A stretch of 62,943 nucleotides of DNA, the filler included, from Stramenopiles sp. TOSAG23-3 (lineage: Eukaryota): the NCBI GenBank assembly GCA_900128585.1. It is 27 parts of 27 records of this genome, joined end to end, with 100 filler letters (N's around TTAATTAATTAA, not from the genome) between each part and the next. Parts side by side here need not be neighbours in the genome. Positions count along the whole stretch, not along the records: positions 30,435 to 32,669 come from LT644960.1; positions 32,770 to 35,003 come from LT644961.1; positions 35,104 to 37,337 come from LT644962.1; positions 37,438 to 39,669 come from LT644963.1; positions 39,770 to 42,001 come from LT644964.1; positions 42,102 to 44,332 come from LT644965.1; 21 more parts are not named here. The stretch is one strand, 5' to 3'. Positions 30,715-43,153 of the stretch are shown one piece after another (within the stretch, counting starts at the first letter, position 1; each line of letters begins with the position of its first letter). A model generated the notes under the pieces. The model worked only from the letters and a program-made list of their open reading frames with translations. It did not search any database and was not told the origin of the DNA. A program made the position numbers and the translations under genes.

Positions 30715-32376
30715 CTACCATTTCAGCCCATTTTCTTTGCACCATTTCTTGATAATCCTAATAAAATATTCTACTTGTGGGTTGCTCGTGTTGCGCAGCA
30801 TTGCAAGGACCTCCCGCAAGCTTTCTTTAGGCTCCATGCCGGCAACGACTTGTTGGAACACGCCGACACATGCGCCTCGCTTCCCTTCCCAGTACTCAGG
30901 GTCGGGGTCCAAACGCTCCAACACGTCGAACGCTTTGGCGGCGTAGAAAAATGCACCCATTTTGTAGGAGTCGTTTGCAATGAGCTGTAGCAAGTTGAAC
31001 GATTCGTTCGTGTTGTCCATCTTCAAGTAGAGTTCCCAGGCCAACCGGGCTTTCTTGTTCATGATGTAGCATCGGGACAACCAACTTAAGTAACAATACT
31101 CGCTGCGGTACTTGTCGCTCTGGACTAGCAGTAGCGTTTCCTCCGCTTCTTTAAAATTCCCGGTGGAGGCCAGCGAGATGCCGTAGTTCCAGTTGAAATC
31201 GTCGTCGTTGTACAGGTAGGCTTTGATGGAGTTCAAGTAGATGTTGACGTCCTCGAACTGCTTCAGAAGGAAAAAGCACGACGCCATGCACTGGCGGCCG
31301 GGGATGGTGTCGCACTCGCTAGCACTGGCCCCCACTAGTTGGAAGAACTGCTGCGCCATCTTCAAGTGCTCCCTGCTCCCCTTGTTCTGCCCAACGCAGG
31401 CATTCACGACCCCTTTCAAAATGTACTCCTGCGGCGTCGTCGGCTCCACGTCCTTCACAAGGTCGTACGCGTCCCCGATCTCGTCGTTCCGCAAATAGTA
31501 AATGACCAAGTTCAAGCGGGCCTCGGGGACAAAGTCCACGAGCGGCGGCAGGACTTTCAGGGCATTCTCCCCGTTGCGAAAGACTACCTTGTTGTGACGG
31601 ATCAGGTCGTTGTCCGCGATGTTGTGCCCTTGGTCCGTCAGCGACTTGAGCTCCGCCTCCGCGGCCTTCCCGTTGTACAGGCGAAAGTGGTTGCAGGCCT
31701 TCAGGTTGATGGCGATCGCACTGTCTGGGTGGGCTTGCAAGTACACGGCTAATATCTCCAAGCTGACGTCGTAGTAGTCCAACTTGTAGTAGCACATCGC
31801 CACGTAGACGTTCAGGGCAAGGTCGTCCCTGTTCTCCAGCAGCAAGCGCTTGTAGATGTCCGTCGCCTCCTGGAAGTGCGACCGAAGGTAGTGGATTGCC
31901 GCCAAGGAGAGCTGGTCCTCTTTCGTATCGTTCAGGTTCTGGTGGAACACCATAAGCTTGCTCTCGTCGTTGGTCCGGTGCGCAATGTGGAACAAAAGGC
32001 GGTTCTGGAGCCCTACCTTGGGGCCTCGTTTCGCGGACTCCTCGGCTTCCGCGTACTGCTGCAAGTAAAAGTAGCAGCACCCGATGTACAAATGGACTTC
32101 CTCCGGTGCCTCCCCGGTGCTTTGCCACGCCTGGTACGCTTCCAAGGCTTTCCGGTAGTCCCCGAGGTGAAACGCCGCGTACCCCAGCCACGGCAAGACC
32201 TCCATCTCTTCCTCGGTGGTGCTGGCCCGCTGGAATTCCATAAGGGCGATTGCCCCCGTGTAGTCCCTATTCTTGATGTACTCCTGGAGCTGCGGCGTCT
32301 TCTTCGCATTTTCCACCTTCTTGGACGCCCCGAACTTGGAGGCGCCCCCAACACCTTTCACTCGTGACATGCGCAT
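30715..32376 (-). CDS. IFT56: Intraflagellar transport protein 56 (TTC26/DYF-13)
   Basis: [78 protein letters not shown]. Confidence 0.97.
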   Translation of the reverse strand: MRMSRVKGVGGASKFGASKKVENAKKTPQLQEYIKNRDYTGAIALMEFQRASTTEEEMEVLPWLGYAAFHLGDYRKALEAYQAWQSTGEAPEEVHLYIGCCYFYLQQYAEAEESAKRGPKVGLQNRLLFHIAHRTNDESKLMVFHQNLNDTKEDQLSLAAIHYLRSHFQEATDIYKRLLLENRDDLALNVYVAMCYYKLDYYDVSLEILAVYLQAHPDSAIAINLKACNHFRLYNGKAAEAELKSLTDQGHNIADNDLIRHNKVVFRNGENALKVLPPLVDFVPEARLNLVIYYLRNDEIGDAYDLVKDVEPTTPQEYILKGVVNACVGQNKGSREHLKMAQQFFQLVGASASECDTIPGRQCMASCFFLLKQFEDVNIYLNSIKAYLYNDDDFNWNYGISLASTGNFKEAEETLLLVQSDKYRSEYCYLSWLSRCYIMNKKARLAWELYLKMDNTNESFNLLQLIANDSYKMGAFFYAAKAFDVLERLDPDPEYWEGKRGACVGVFQQVVAGMEPKESLREVLAMLRNTSNPQVEYFIRIIKKWCKENGLKW

Positions 32377-32770
32377 GATGGTGCTACAATATGTACTGCT
32401 TCAATGTCCTCAAAAGGGTCTGTTTATTCAAACACCGTATATACGCGTGTGTATATTTATGACCCTTCCCTTTCTCTAATTATTTACCTGAAACTTTTCT
32501 ATTCAATAAATACTCTACCCTAAAACGTTTCTTTCACTTTCTTTTTTTCATGGATGGTACAATAATAAATAATAATATAATAATAGTTTTTTTCTTCCTT
32601 TTTTTTGTTTGTTGGGTAATGGTATTTCTATGTAGTATAGGATGTTATTTTATTATTTCTTCTTCTTCTNNNNNNNNNNNNNNNNNNNNNNNNNNNNNNN
32701 NNNNNNNNNNNNNTTAATTAATTAANNNNNNNNNNNNNNNNNNNNNNNNNNNNNNNNNNNNNNNNNNNNG

Positions 32771-34646
32771 GAGGAAGTTTCTAATTGCAGTGCATGTACA
32801 AGAAATGCTGGTTGTGGTTTCTGTCACTCAACGTTAACGTGTCTTACTAGTGGGGGGAGCATGTCTGGTACAAGTGGTTCCGTAACAATTGCAACGTCAA
32901 ATAGTGGTGCAACGGGATCAAGTGGTTCCTTGGATTTAAAGACGGGAAATGCTGGTAGTGGATCTTCTGGCTCAATATCTATTGAAACTGGTGCCTCCAA
33001 CGGTGGTCGTTCTGGTGGTATTGTTTTAAGCGTTGGTAAGGGATTTGATGGACAAGGTGGAGATATACTTTTGTCTGGTGGTGACAGCGGAATTGCTACC
33101 GGTGGATCGGTATATATCGAGAGTGGAAAAAGTTTTAAATCGTCAAGTGGAGAGATTCGTATTTTCACTGCAAATGGAGGTACAGATGGTGGTAGTGGCA
33201 AATTGTTGCTCTCAACAGGTATATCAAACGGTGGCACTTCTGGAAGCATAAATTTATTGACTGGGGCATCAAGCGGTGGTGCCGGTGGAAATATCCTTTT
33301 GGAAGTGGGGTCTGGCGCCTCTGGCAAAGGAGGTGATATTGTACTCCGTGCCGGCGACAGCGAATTGTCAACTGGGGGTAGTGTTGATATTTTAAGTGGT
33401 AAAGGTTTGGAAGGTGCTAGCGGGGCAGTAGTTGTAAAGAGTGGTGGGAGTGGTAACAGCGGTGGAAGTGGTGCGATAGATATCATGACTGGTCTAGGAG
33501 GATCACAAGGCTCTAGCAACCACGGCAGCATCAACTGGTGGAAGCGTTTCGATAATGAGTGGTTCAAGTTCCTCAAAATCAAGTGGTGCTATTATAGTTA
33601 AGACTGGCAATGCAGGTAAGAATGGAGTCAGTGGAAGCTTAATGTTCTCCAGTGGTACTACGAGTAGTGGGGCGTCGGGGAAAATACAAATAGAAACAGG
33701 TGCTGCTACTGGGGCTGGAGGTGGCAGCATAGTCCTAAGTGTTGGAAGCGGGACTGTAGGTGTTGGGGGGTCTGTCAACTTGTTATCTGGGCAAAGTTCA
33801 GCTGCAACTGGAGGAGAAATATCAATAATGACTGGAAGAGGAACATCAAGATCTAGTGGCTCTGTTAAAGTATCAACATCAAATGCAGGCTCTAATGGAG
33901 TAAGTGGAAGTTTAACATTTTCATCTGGCACAAGCAGCAGTGGAACTACTGGCTCTATTACAGTATCTACAGGGAGTGCAGTAAATGGAAAAGGTGGAAG
34001 TATTATTCTTAGTGTTGGGCAAGGAAACGTGGGCAATGGGGGATCGATAGCTATAACTGCGGGTAAAACAACAGCAGGAAGTTCTCGTGGCGGAGACGTC
34101 TCAATTGTTGGAGGTCAAGGTACCAGCGGAAATGGAGGATACGTCTATCTTGAAGGAGGAACGGGGTCATCAAATGGAGGTAACGTGTACATAAAAGGAG
34201 GTAGCGGCAATGTTCAAGGCACTATTTATTTCCAAGACGCATCTAATAGCGTGAAAATGGAAATATCAGATTCTTCGATTACTGTGAGTACTACTTTAGT
34301 TGTGCAAGGGACGATGACTACATCTTCGACTTTCGCAGTTGGGTCGGACCCTGCAACGAGAGCAACAATCAGTAATATATATACTGGAACATTTTACAAC
34401 AATAATAATATAGGTGCAAACTCTGAGTATGAAAAAGACATATCCGTATCAGGAGTTAGTGAAGGAGATATAGTCATCGTGAGCCCAACAGCTGATTCTA
34501 CTCCAGGAGATACTAGTCGAGGAGTTTTGTGGAACGCGTGGGCAAAAAACAATTACATAACTGTTCGATTTTCTACTGTAACAGCTTATCAATATCAAGC
34601 AGATGGAAACTGGAGGTATCTTGTTATTAAGGCAAACGATCCTTGA
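32771..34646 (+). CDS. PSI domain + Gly/Ser-rich beta-repeat protein with a phage-fibre-like C-terminus; 5'-truncated, frameshifted near 33510
   Basis: Open from the contig start (CSACTRNAGCGFCHSTLTCL = PSI-like), then many GGxIxIxxG repeats. It continues in the frame of 33555..34646 and ends ISVSGVSEGDIVIVS...ITVRF...WRYLVIK. Confidence 0.65.
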
Positions 34647-35103
34647 AAGGCGACGAACGGCTTATACAGTATATGTGAATGGAAACAATTAACATAAAAA
34701 TGTACGAAATCTAAATAATTCCTTTTAATTTTAAATTTCATTCTGTTAACTTAACGTCCTGCTTTTAAAAGCAAAACAAAAGAATGGCTGTTATTCCAGC
34801 ATCGCCCGACCCTAGTAGTGTCACCCTCGGCTGACGACCCAGAGGCACAGTCTTCAATACAATCATCAGGAGATGGGGGCCAGAGCATTGCCAGCAGGAC
34901 GAAACTTCGACGGGCACGCCGACGACTCCCAACCATCGCATTGCCTACCGACTCTTCACCATTGGAACAGCACTCACAAACGCCGATTAAGAACACTGAC
35001 TCANNNNNNNNNNNNNNNNNNNNNNNNNNNNNNNNNNNNNNNNNNNNTTAATTAATTAANNNNNNNNNNNNNNNNNNNNNNNNNNNNNNNNNNNNNNNNN
35101 NNN

Positions 35104-35931
35104 TGATGGCAACTCCCAAACGTTCAAAATCGAGTCTTCTCCGACTGTTGCAAAGACGTTAAGAGCTGGGTGTAGATCCAACCCGGTAATCGCTCTGCAA
35201 TGTCCGCTAATCTCGGTGTGCAGACTTTTCTCACTGATTGAAAACACCCTAACATGGCCCGTAACGTACGCGGCGATGACAAAGTTGTCGCGCCCAGCAA
35301 CTCCAGAACATGGGTACCCGTGTCCACCAAATCGGCAATATTCTACATAATCATCGTCTGCATCCCAAAGAACAACATTGCCATAGTCGTCGCTGCTAAT
35401 CAGAGTGCTTTCTATGTTACCAAGGGCACATATTGGGTACTTGTGGCACGCTTTCGTTTCCGACAAATTAATACCCTCGCTAGACGACACGTCAAACGTA
35501 AAAATATGCCCCGTAGAGGCACCTACGCATATTTGATTCGTCTTTGCAATGTGGGTGATTCCTCTTGTGAATTGCGCCCCCTCAGAATCGTCACCAAATT
35601 CGATTTCGGATGATTTCAGCGGAAACACGTATTCGACCGTCTTTGCGTCGTCTCGAAAGATATGGATACCGTTAGAAGACGAGGTAACTAGGTAAAAACG
35701 ACCGTCCGCGAAACACCAACGCGCTTGAGTGACGTCCGAGTTATCCTTCAAAGCAATATCAGTACAATTTGGTTCCATTGTCCCATTGGTAGCACCTTCA
35801 AAGAAGCGGTACACGTTATTTCCCTTTACGAAGGTACAATAGTGCCCATTGCAGGAGAGGTTGTTGAACAAAGCCGACGGGGAGGTTTTCAAATCTACAG
35901 TGCCAGTATCACCTTTTGAAAACCGAGCCAT
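35104..35931 (-). CDS. WDR54: WD-repeat protein 54 homolog, 3'-truncated
   Basis: SPSALFNNLS, FTRGI, ICVGASTG, SSDDYGNV, GHGYPCS, HCRAITGLDL and GEDSILNVWELP follow the WDR54 pattern. Confidence 0.75.
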
Positions 35932-36282
35932 TGTGTTCCACTAGACGTTCTGCGTGTTTAAGTATCGCCTAAGAAACATAAAATATGAGGCGATATATAG
36001 ACATACACTGTCGTTCTCTCTTTTTCTAAATGAACACTCGATGTTTGTTTCTCATCAATTGCTTCTCTTCTTTCTTTTAATGTCGTGTGACGATTGATTC
36101 AATTTTGTTGAAGAATTCAATTCAATTATTCAATTTTTTTTAATTTTCTCTCTCCCCTCCTCTTCTCCTCCCTTCCCTTTTTCTTCTCTTCTGCTGTCGT
36201 GGTGTTGTTGTTCTAAAAAAAAAATAAGAAGAAGAAGAAAAAATTCAAAAAAAAAAAATGATGCTACTATCTCTATAAGGAG

Positions 36283-36345
36283 GTACAGGTACCGGTACGT
36301 ACCTGGTATTACCATCGTACCCGTACCTGGTACGGTACCAGTAAC
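36283..36345. repeat. GTAC-rich cluster (8 GTAC)
   Basis: Direct reading; about 350 bp upstream of the WDR54 ATG. Confidence 0.8.
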
Positions 36346-36446
36346 CAGGCACAGGACAGTAGCAACATTATGTGTTGTTATATATTTCCAACTTAAAATA
36401 CTTCTTAAAATATACAAGTGCAGTGTCTAGTTTAGTTTGTGGTGGA

Positions 36447-37337
36447 TTAAGTTTCTTCGAGGGGTGGTCCTTGCGACTGGGGATCGCCATCCTGGTTGTT
36501 TTTACCTTCTGGTTCTTTTGGGGTATTTTTTGCGGTTTCCGCTGCACGCTTAATTGCTGGGTGATCCTTTCCCAAAGCTGATGTTATGGCGGATGCATCT
36601 TTCATTTTTGGCCGTTGGCCGAACCTTGATCCTTCGTTCATTTCACTTGGTGGTGGCAACGGTTTATCGGGGTCGCTATCATCCTCGGCGTTCTCTGACC
36701 CGGAACCCCCTTCACTTCCACTCCCAGAATCAGATCCTTTGTCTGGCCCAGATCCAGAGCCTTGGTCAGAACCGGACCCTTGATCATTACCACTCCCAGA
36801 ATCAGATCCTTGATCAGACCCAGACCCAGAGCCTTGGTCAGAACCGGACCCTTGAGCATTACCACTCCCAGATCCTTGATCAGACCCAGATCCTTGGTCT
36901 GACCCATTGTCGCTATTTTTTCCCCGGTTTTTAAAAGCTCCATTTGCTATGTTCGAAAACACTCTGCCGCCGCTCCCACTCTCAGATTGGCTACTGCCAC
37001 TGCCATTGTCGCTTCCACTTCCAGACCCACTACCACTGCCGTTGTCGCTTCCACTCCCAGGTTGGCTGCCACTGCCGCCGTCGCTTCCACTTCCAGAAGC
37101 GCTGCCACTGTCGTTGTCACTTTCACTACCAGAACCGTCTCCACTGCCATTGCCTTCGTTGACCGGAACGCCAAATGTAAACCTACCAGATCTACGCGGG
37201 GCGCCATCATTACTATGTGCATCACCGCCGTGGTTTGGTGAAATTGGAACCCCAGCCTGTCGCAACCGCTTTTCCCTCAGCTCTCTTACCTTTGCCTTTA
37301 ATTCCGCCAGTTTCTGCTTTTTCTCTTCCACACTACC
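36447..37337 (-). CDS. Gly/Ser/Asp-rich low-complexity protein, 5'-truncated
   Basis: A coiled coil followed by GSGSD[NQ] repeats. Open to the contig end. Confidence 0.6.
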   Translation of the reverse strand, partial: GSVEEKKQKLAELKAKVRELREKRLRQAGVPISPNHGGDAHSNDGAPRRSGRFTFGVPVNEGNGSGDGSGSESDNDSGSASGSGSDGGSGSQPGSGSDNGSGSGSGSGSDNGSGSSQSESGSGGRVFSNIANGAFKNRGKNSDNGSDQGSGSDQGSGSGNAQGSGSDQGSGSGSDQGSDSGSGNDQGSGSDQGSGSGPDKGSDSGSGSEGGSGSENAEDDSDPDKPLPPPSEMNEGSRFGQRPKMKDASAITSALGKDHPAIKRAAETAKNTPKEPEGKNNQDGDPQSQGPPLEET

Positions 37338-37611
37338 NNNNNNNNNNNNNNNNNNNNNNNNNNNNNNNNNNNNNNNNNNNNTTAATTAATTAANNNNNNN
37401 NNNNNNNNNNNNNNNNNNNNNNNNNNNNNNNNNNNNNCGAAAGAGCAAAGATAGATTTCAGTTCGCAATTCGCAATATGAAAAGTACATATATTATAAGT
37501 TAAGTTAATTTAATAGAAAAATACTTATAATAGAATAAGTTTTTTCGTTGTGGTTTTTAAAAAAAAATAAAAAATATTAACGAATTAGACGACTATTATT
37601 ATTATTATAGT

Positions 37612-37670
37612 GTACTAGGTACCAGGTACCAGGTACCGTACCGGTACCGGGTACGGTACGGTACAGGTAC
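37612..37670. repeat. GTAC-rich cluster (10 GTAC in 59 bp)
   Basis: Direct reading; about 330 bp upstream of the ankyrin gene ATG. Confidence 0.85.
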
Positions 37671-38002
37671 TATTATGAAATGTGTTCATATAGACGACTA
37701 ACATAATAAAACTAAAAAATAATACAAATAAAAAGTAGCCGACCGAGTACGAGGAATATTAATAATAGACAACACAACGGAAAATCAAGTTTGGTACAGG
37801 CATTGAAACAAAGGAGAGACGAAAGGCTCTTTCGTTTGTGCTTGTGCGTGTTTAGATAGAACGTTGCAAACATTTTTGTTGATATTCAGACAGGGCCATA
37901 CCTATGGTATGACTTACGAGGAATCGTAAGGTGTTACGGAAGGTGATTCGTACGACAGGAAGGTTGGCCCGCGTTTCTTGCGCACGGCGTGGGGGCTAAA
38001 GA

Positions 38003-39669
38003 ATGGCTGAGGAGCACCTGTTGAGGGAGGCATTTTCTCTGGTTCGTCACAATCGGCATAGAAAGCTCAAGGCATTTTTGAAATCCCATGAGGCGGATTT
38101 AGACGTAGATACTAGGGATGAAAAAGGAAATACTATGCTTTGCGTTGCCTGTCAAAATGGACTTAAACGCATGGCAAAAATTGTTTTGAAAAACGGTGCT
38201 GACATGAACGTTCAAAATAACTTGGGAAATACGCCTCTTCATTTTTGCTTTCAGTATGGCTTTGCTGAGTTGGGGGCTTATTTGATTACAAAGGGTGCAG
38301 ATACAACGATTTGTAATAACCGTGGTGCCCTTTGTACCGATGGTCTCGGTCTGCGAGCGATGAAATTATTTCAAGATGCAAAAGCCGAACGGGAAAATAT
38401 AGAAAATGGAACTACGGACGACGGGCAGGATATTGACGATCTCAGTACCGTGGGGAGTTTAACCGATCGCAGTGACTACGGGGGAATGTATACTGATAGA
38501 TCAAATGGTAATCTGACGGATCGGTCTAGCGGAATGTACACGGACAGAGGTTTTGACACGTTCTACACTATCGATGAGGGGGATCAACCATACACGATTG
38601 AGGAAGGAAACGAGGAAGAGTGTATGGAGGAAGAACAACAGCAGGAATATTACGAAGGGGACGAGCAGCAGCAGGCGCTCCCAGTTGTTCAGGACAGTGC
38701 ACCTCCAAACTTTCCGCAGCCCGCCATTGTCCAACCCAAAAAGCAGCGGACGTGGCGCCCGCTGCCAAAGACACCGATGCCCCGCCCGCTCCCGAAAGGC
38801 CCCAGACCAGAACCGAAAGGACCGCGGCCAGGCACCGAAGGCATAAAACCGAAAAATACTGATGGGGGACCACCGATTGCGAAAAAAGTATCGCCGTATG
38901 TCGTTTCTACCGCGCCACCCGGTCCTGCGCCAAAAGCCCAAGAGCCTGTACCTGAGAAATTGTCGGCAGATGGTGTGAAAGGAGAACCGCCCAGCTCAAT
39001 GCCGACTCCCAAGGCTGAAGATAAAATCAGTTTCAAATACAACAGTTTGGTTCAGGCAGTCCAAGCCAAGGACAAGGACGAAATAGGCCGAATGGTAGTC
39101 AGCGCGCCATTGCAAGACATTGATGCTGCCGTCCAGGCGTGCGGAATCATTGGTGGCGCGTTTGCCCTGCCAGTGCTCATGCCGAAAGCCAGCCATGCGG
39201 TGTTGCATCGATGCCTTGGTACAGCAGCTTCGAACAATCGGTTGCGGACTGTCGAGACGCTCCTTGAATTTTTTGCGGGAAACGAGGTTGTATCAAACGG
39301 GGACGGTGCTGAAACCGCAGGGAATAGAATAAGAATGATAGATATGCCGGACACGTTGCAGGCTATTGATAGGGCGCTCTCGCGTGCCGCGGCCCACAAT
39401 CGTTCGACTGCCAGTAAACTTTTGGCAGGATATGCGAGCAGCGAAGCCATTGTAAATAGTCTGTGTACCGCCGCGCATCATAAGAATGCAAAAGTAGTAA
39501 AGCGCCTGTTGCCATGGGGGGAATCAAAAGCCCTGGATCAGCTTATTGGGACGACCAGCTCTTCTGGTGACGCAGACGTTATGCTTTTGCTGATACCATA
39601 CCTGTCCACGGATTGTGGGCAGTCCGTAATCGACCAAGGGGTCGAATCGGCCAGTGCCAAAGGACACAT
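38003..39669 (+). CDS. Ankyrin-repeat protein, 3'-truncated
   Basis: DEKGNTMLCVACQNG and NNLGNTPLHFCFQYG, then an acidic/Pro-rich linker and degenerate ankyrin-like helices. Confidence 0.85.
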
Positions 39670-39975
39670 NNNNNNNNNNNNNNNNNNNNNNNNNNNNNNN
39701 NNNNNNNNNNNNNTTAATTAATTAANNNNNNNNNNNNNNNNNNNNNNNNNNNNNNNNNNNNNNNNNNNNGTATGTGTATACGAACCCGAAACGATCAAAC
39801 TCAATACCGATCATTATTTCATTGAGCAGTACCACAGACAACGAGCCCATCAAAACAATTTATGCCGCTGTGTACTTTTAAGACCAATCAATTGGAATCT
39901 TGGCCAGAACTTGGGGAGGATCTGCAATAGGAGGAGATATTGTTCTTGAACTGACTCCGGTGCTTTCTGTTTTTC

Positions 39976-40320
39976 TTAAAGAAATATCGCTTTTTTAGCC
40001 TTTTTTGCCGCGCCACCCTGACCCTCACTACTGTTCGTCTTCTTGGGGCGTTTCCGACTTGACAATGCACTGCCTGGCACAGGTGCGGCATTGGTATCAT
40101 CGTTCTGCTCTAGCATTCTGCTCTAGCAGAGCAATCATCCCATTGCGTTTTTTTCTCCCCCACTTTATACTACGGCGCCGTAACTCCCGCTTCAGTTCTG
40201 CATCGCTCTTTTCTTCGTAGTTCTGCTTTCCCCTCCGCGAAATTGCGCGCTCGCCCTCTTTCTTTTTCTTGCCGAGCCATTACGCCGCGTATGCCTCAAT
40301 TTGCTCTGCCTCAACACGGA
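39976..40320 (-). pseudogene. SAP-domain protein pseudogene
   Basis: YEEKSDAELKRELRRRSIK-[frameshift]-GEKKRNGMIALLEQN fits a SAP motif. There is an upstream in-frame TAA, a 13-bp duplication (TGCTAGAGCAGAA) and an NLS-like RKRPKK tail. Confidence 0.5.
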
Positions 40321-42469
40321 AAATATATATAAGGTACATGCAATAAAAAAAATAATTTGAAAGTGATTATTATCCTACTAGCGATCTACTGTATTCGTCA
40401 AACTCTTCGTCATCTGGAGACGGAAGTACAATCCTTTGAGGACGACGAAACTGAACCGTACAGTTCAGCACCTGAGATGGGCAGTCACATAGTGGCAGCA
40501 GGGACGATTGTCCTGCTACATTTAGAGGACGAAACGGACCAGCATGGCTCTACAGCAGGCACACAGAAACCGATCCTACCAAAACAATCGGTTATTCACT
40601 AGCGGCTAATCGCATTTTTTAATTTTCCGGTGACCTGCCATTTTATTCATTATGTATTCTAATGTATTTTTGATAGGATCATCTAACACACAGGCAGATA
40701 GTCGGGCAGGTTTCCAAAAACGTTTAAGGACGAGTCCCTTCTGTTTTTTTTTAATATGTGGAATCGTTTCGGTGTTAGTTTAAGGTGCTAATCTAAAAAG
40801 ATCGTCACAGAATATGCTGACATTTGTAGTGTAAAATTCATTATTCATTTTACCGGCGACGTAAGGTAAAAATATATATGAACCCAATGCGCACTTGCAT
40901 TTTTTCTCTTAGATATATATACATGAAAGCTACTTCCTAATTTTGGTTTTGCTACCACCAATTGTAGTTTAAGAGTGGGGTAATAATTTATTTATATTTA
41001 AAATTACAAGTACAAAAAACATTGAATTTTATCGCAAAAACTTTAAATATCATACTTGTAATTAAGTTACCAATAGAAATTGGTATAGTGAAAATAAAGG
41101 AAAGAATTTTTTGTGAAATAAAAAACACTTCTGTGCTACAGTATTATTATACTTGAACACCATTAAATTGCTAAACTGTCAGAAATTTGTATGTACTGAA
41201 CAAAGTTTGTACCAAAACTGACTCAAAGTTTTATTTTACGAGCGCGTGATTCCCATCAAAGCATATACTCCTTAAAGAAGTCGTCACAAAAGTGACACAA
41301 ACCGGATTAATTTTTTGTGCCAGGCGCATCCGGTAAATGGACGTACCATTGCCAGCCAAGACGGACCAAGTGTACGAAAACGCTCGACTGCAGGTACACA
41401 CCATTTTATTCAAGATTCGTCCTCTGCGCTAATCGCAAACAGAATATGCTTCACCATGAGATGAAAGATAAACAAAAGCTACAAGGAAAAAGGAGCCAAA
41501 GATTGTGTTTATAATATTACGAATAATATTGCCCAGGGAAGAAACGCGGAAAAACGGATCTATTTCTTGCGCACCGACAACCATTCATTTGGAAACTTTA
41601 CGCCCCTTAAAAGAATAATCCAAGACACATGACGGGTTTTACATAAGAATAGGCTTTAAAGAGAGAAATCGCGAACGAAGAAAGATATGTTTTTGAGACA
41701 TCTGTTTGGGTTGTCGGTGAGTAGTGGTTGTAGAAGAGAGAAGAGAAGAGACGCCGGAAAAACAATAATAATTAATTAATTCTTTTATTTAATACAACAA
41801 AGCTGTATTATTATATTATTTATATCATTAGCTAAGGTCGAGCATCTCTCCCTTCGCTACTTCTTCAATCTCAGAGAGAGTCAAAATTACTACTACGCCT
41901 AGGGGAAATGAAGTACCAAACATCAAAATGTTGGATATCATATTAGGTCATGGGCCCAAAAACATATCCACCTGTGCAAAAGACCCCAGGGTAAACTTGC
42001 CNNNNNNNNNNNNNNNNNNNNNNNNNNNNNNNNNNNNNNNNNNNNTTAATTAATTAANNNNNNNNNNNNNNNNNNNNNNNNNNNNNNNNNNNNNNNNNNN
42101 NTGTCGTTTCTGGCAAATTGATACTTGTAAATAAGATTATCAGTGTGATACAACCATGAATCCCAGAATATGTTACCCTTATTTATTGTTTTATGTTGCT
42201 TCTTGCAGCAATTATTATTATTATTATTTATTTTATTAGACGACTGACTATTCTTCTTCTTTTTTATATATATTTTTGTTTTTCTTCGAACAGACGGAAG
42301 GGATTGTCTCGTTTCTAGATCTGAATCGACGTCCTTTACTCAGTGCACCGATCGAAGTTTCCGGCCGTTAATTAATAGGACCGAGCACGTTCTCTCTCTT
42401 TCATTCTTTTTTTTTGGGAATCCTTTTCGCCGTTGGCAGTTATTTTTTTAGTTGAACGCGAAAGGTAAC

Positions 42470-43027
42470 ATGTCTGCTGCGTCACTCCGTCAGTTGGATG
42501 CAGAATTTGCGAAAATACAAAAGAAGTTACAAGAGGGTTGGGCCAAGCAGAAACATTTGGCTGAGCAGTTTAGCGCAAAACTGAAGGGTGGGGAGAATGA
42601 AGGGCACATTGGCCTCATCGAAAGTCAGCGGTTGCGGGTGAAGAACATCGACTCTGCCATCGTGGCAAGTCGCCAACCCGGGTACTTTGAGCTTTACCAG
42701 CACCCTCCGCAAGTCAAACAGATCGAGACGAAGAATGAGTTGAGGCAACTAACGCTGCGAATACGGGACAACGAGCGCGAGCTTGAACAGCTTCGGCAAG
42801 AAGAGGCTAGCATCGCCAAGCAGAAGAAAGAGTTGCTTGCGATGAACCCCCCACAGATCAATAGTTTACAGCAGTGGTTTGGCACGTACGGAAAGCCGGA
42901 GAAGCCTACTGTTCCAGGATTTATGTCTAATTTTCAGAGAAACCCCAAGACGTACGGTGGAACGAAGCACCACAGCGCGTTCAAAACGTTGTCGAAGACG
43001 ATGAAGGCAGGGCGGTTGATTCGGTGA
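42470..43027 (+). CDS. Coiled-coil protein of unknown function
   Basis: 185 aa from the first ATG, with heptad-rich helices and coding-like composition. Confidence 0.7.
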   Translation: MSAASLRQLDAEFAKIQKKLQEGWAKQKHLAEQFSAKLKGGENEGHIGLIESQRLRVKNIDSAIVASRQPGYFELYQHPPQVKQIETKNELRQLTLRIRDNERELEQLRQEEASIAKQKKELLAMNPPQINSLQQWFGTYGKPEKPTVPGFMSNFQRNPKTYGGTKHHSAFKTLSKTMKAGRLIR

Positions 43028-43153
43028 ACGACGGAGGAGTACGCGTTTGTATCTGTTGGGTATATTGGATAATTTGTTTTTAAAATGTACAATATATAAT
43101 GTAAAAAAATGTACGGAGTGGAGTCGTTTACTAAAACAGAGAGTTGGAATTTT

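Noticed and set aside
31319-32191. Long alternative-frame or antisense ORFs (also 19152..19979, 20084..20758, 32824..33582, 54007..54729)
   Set aside because: Shadows of GC-rich or repetitive real genes, with no independent motifs.
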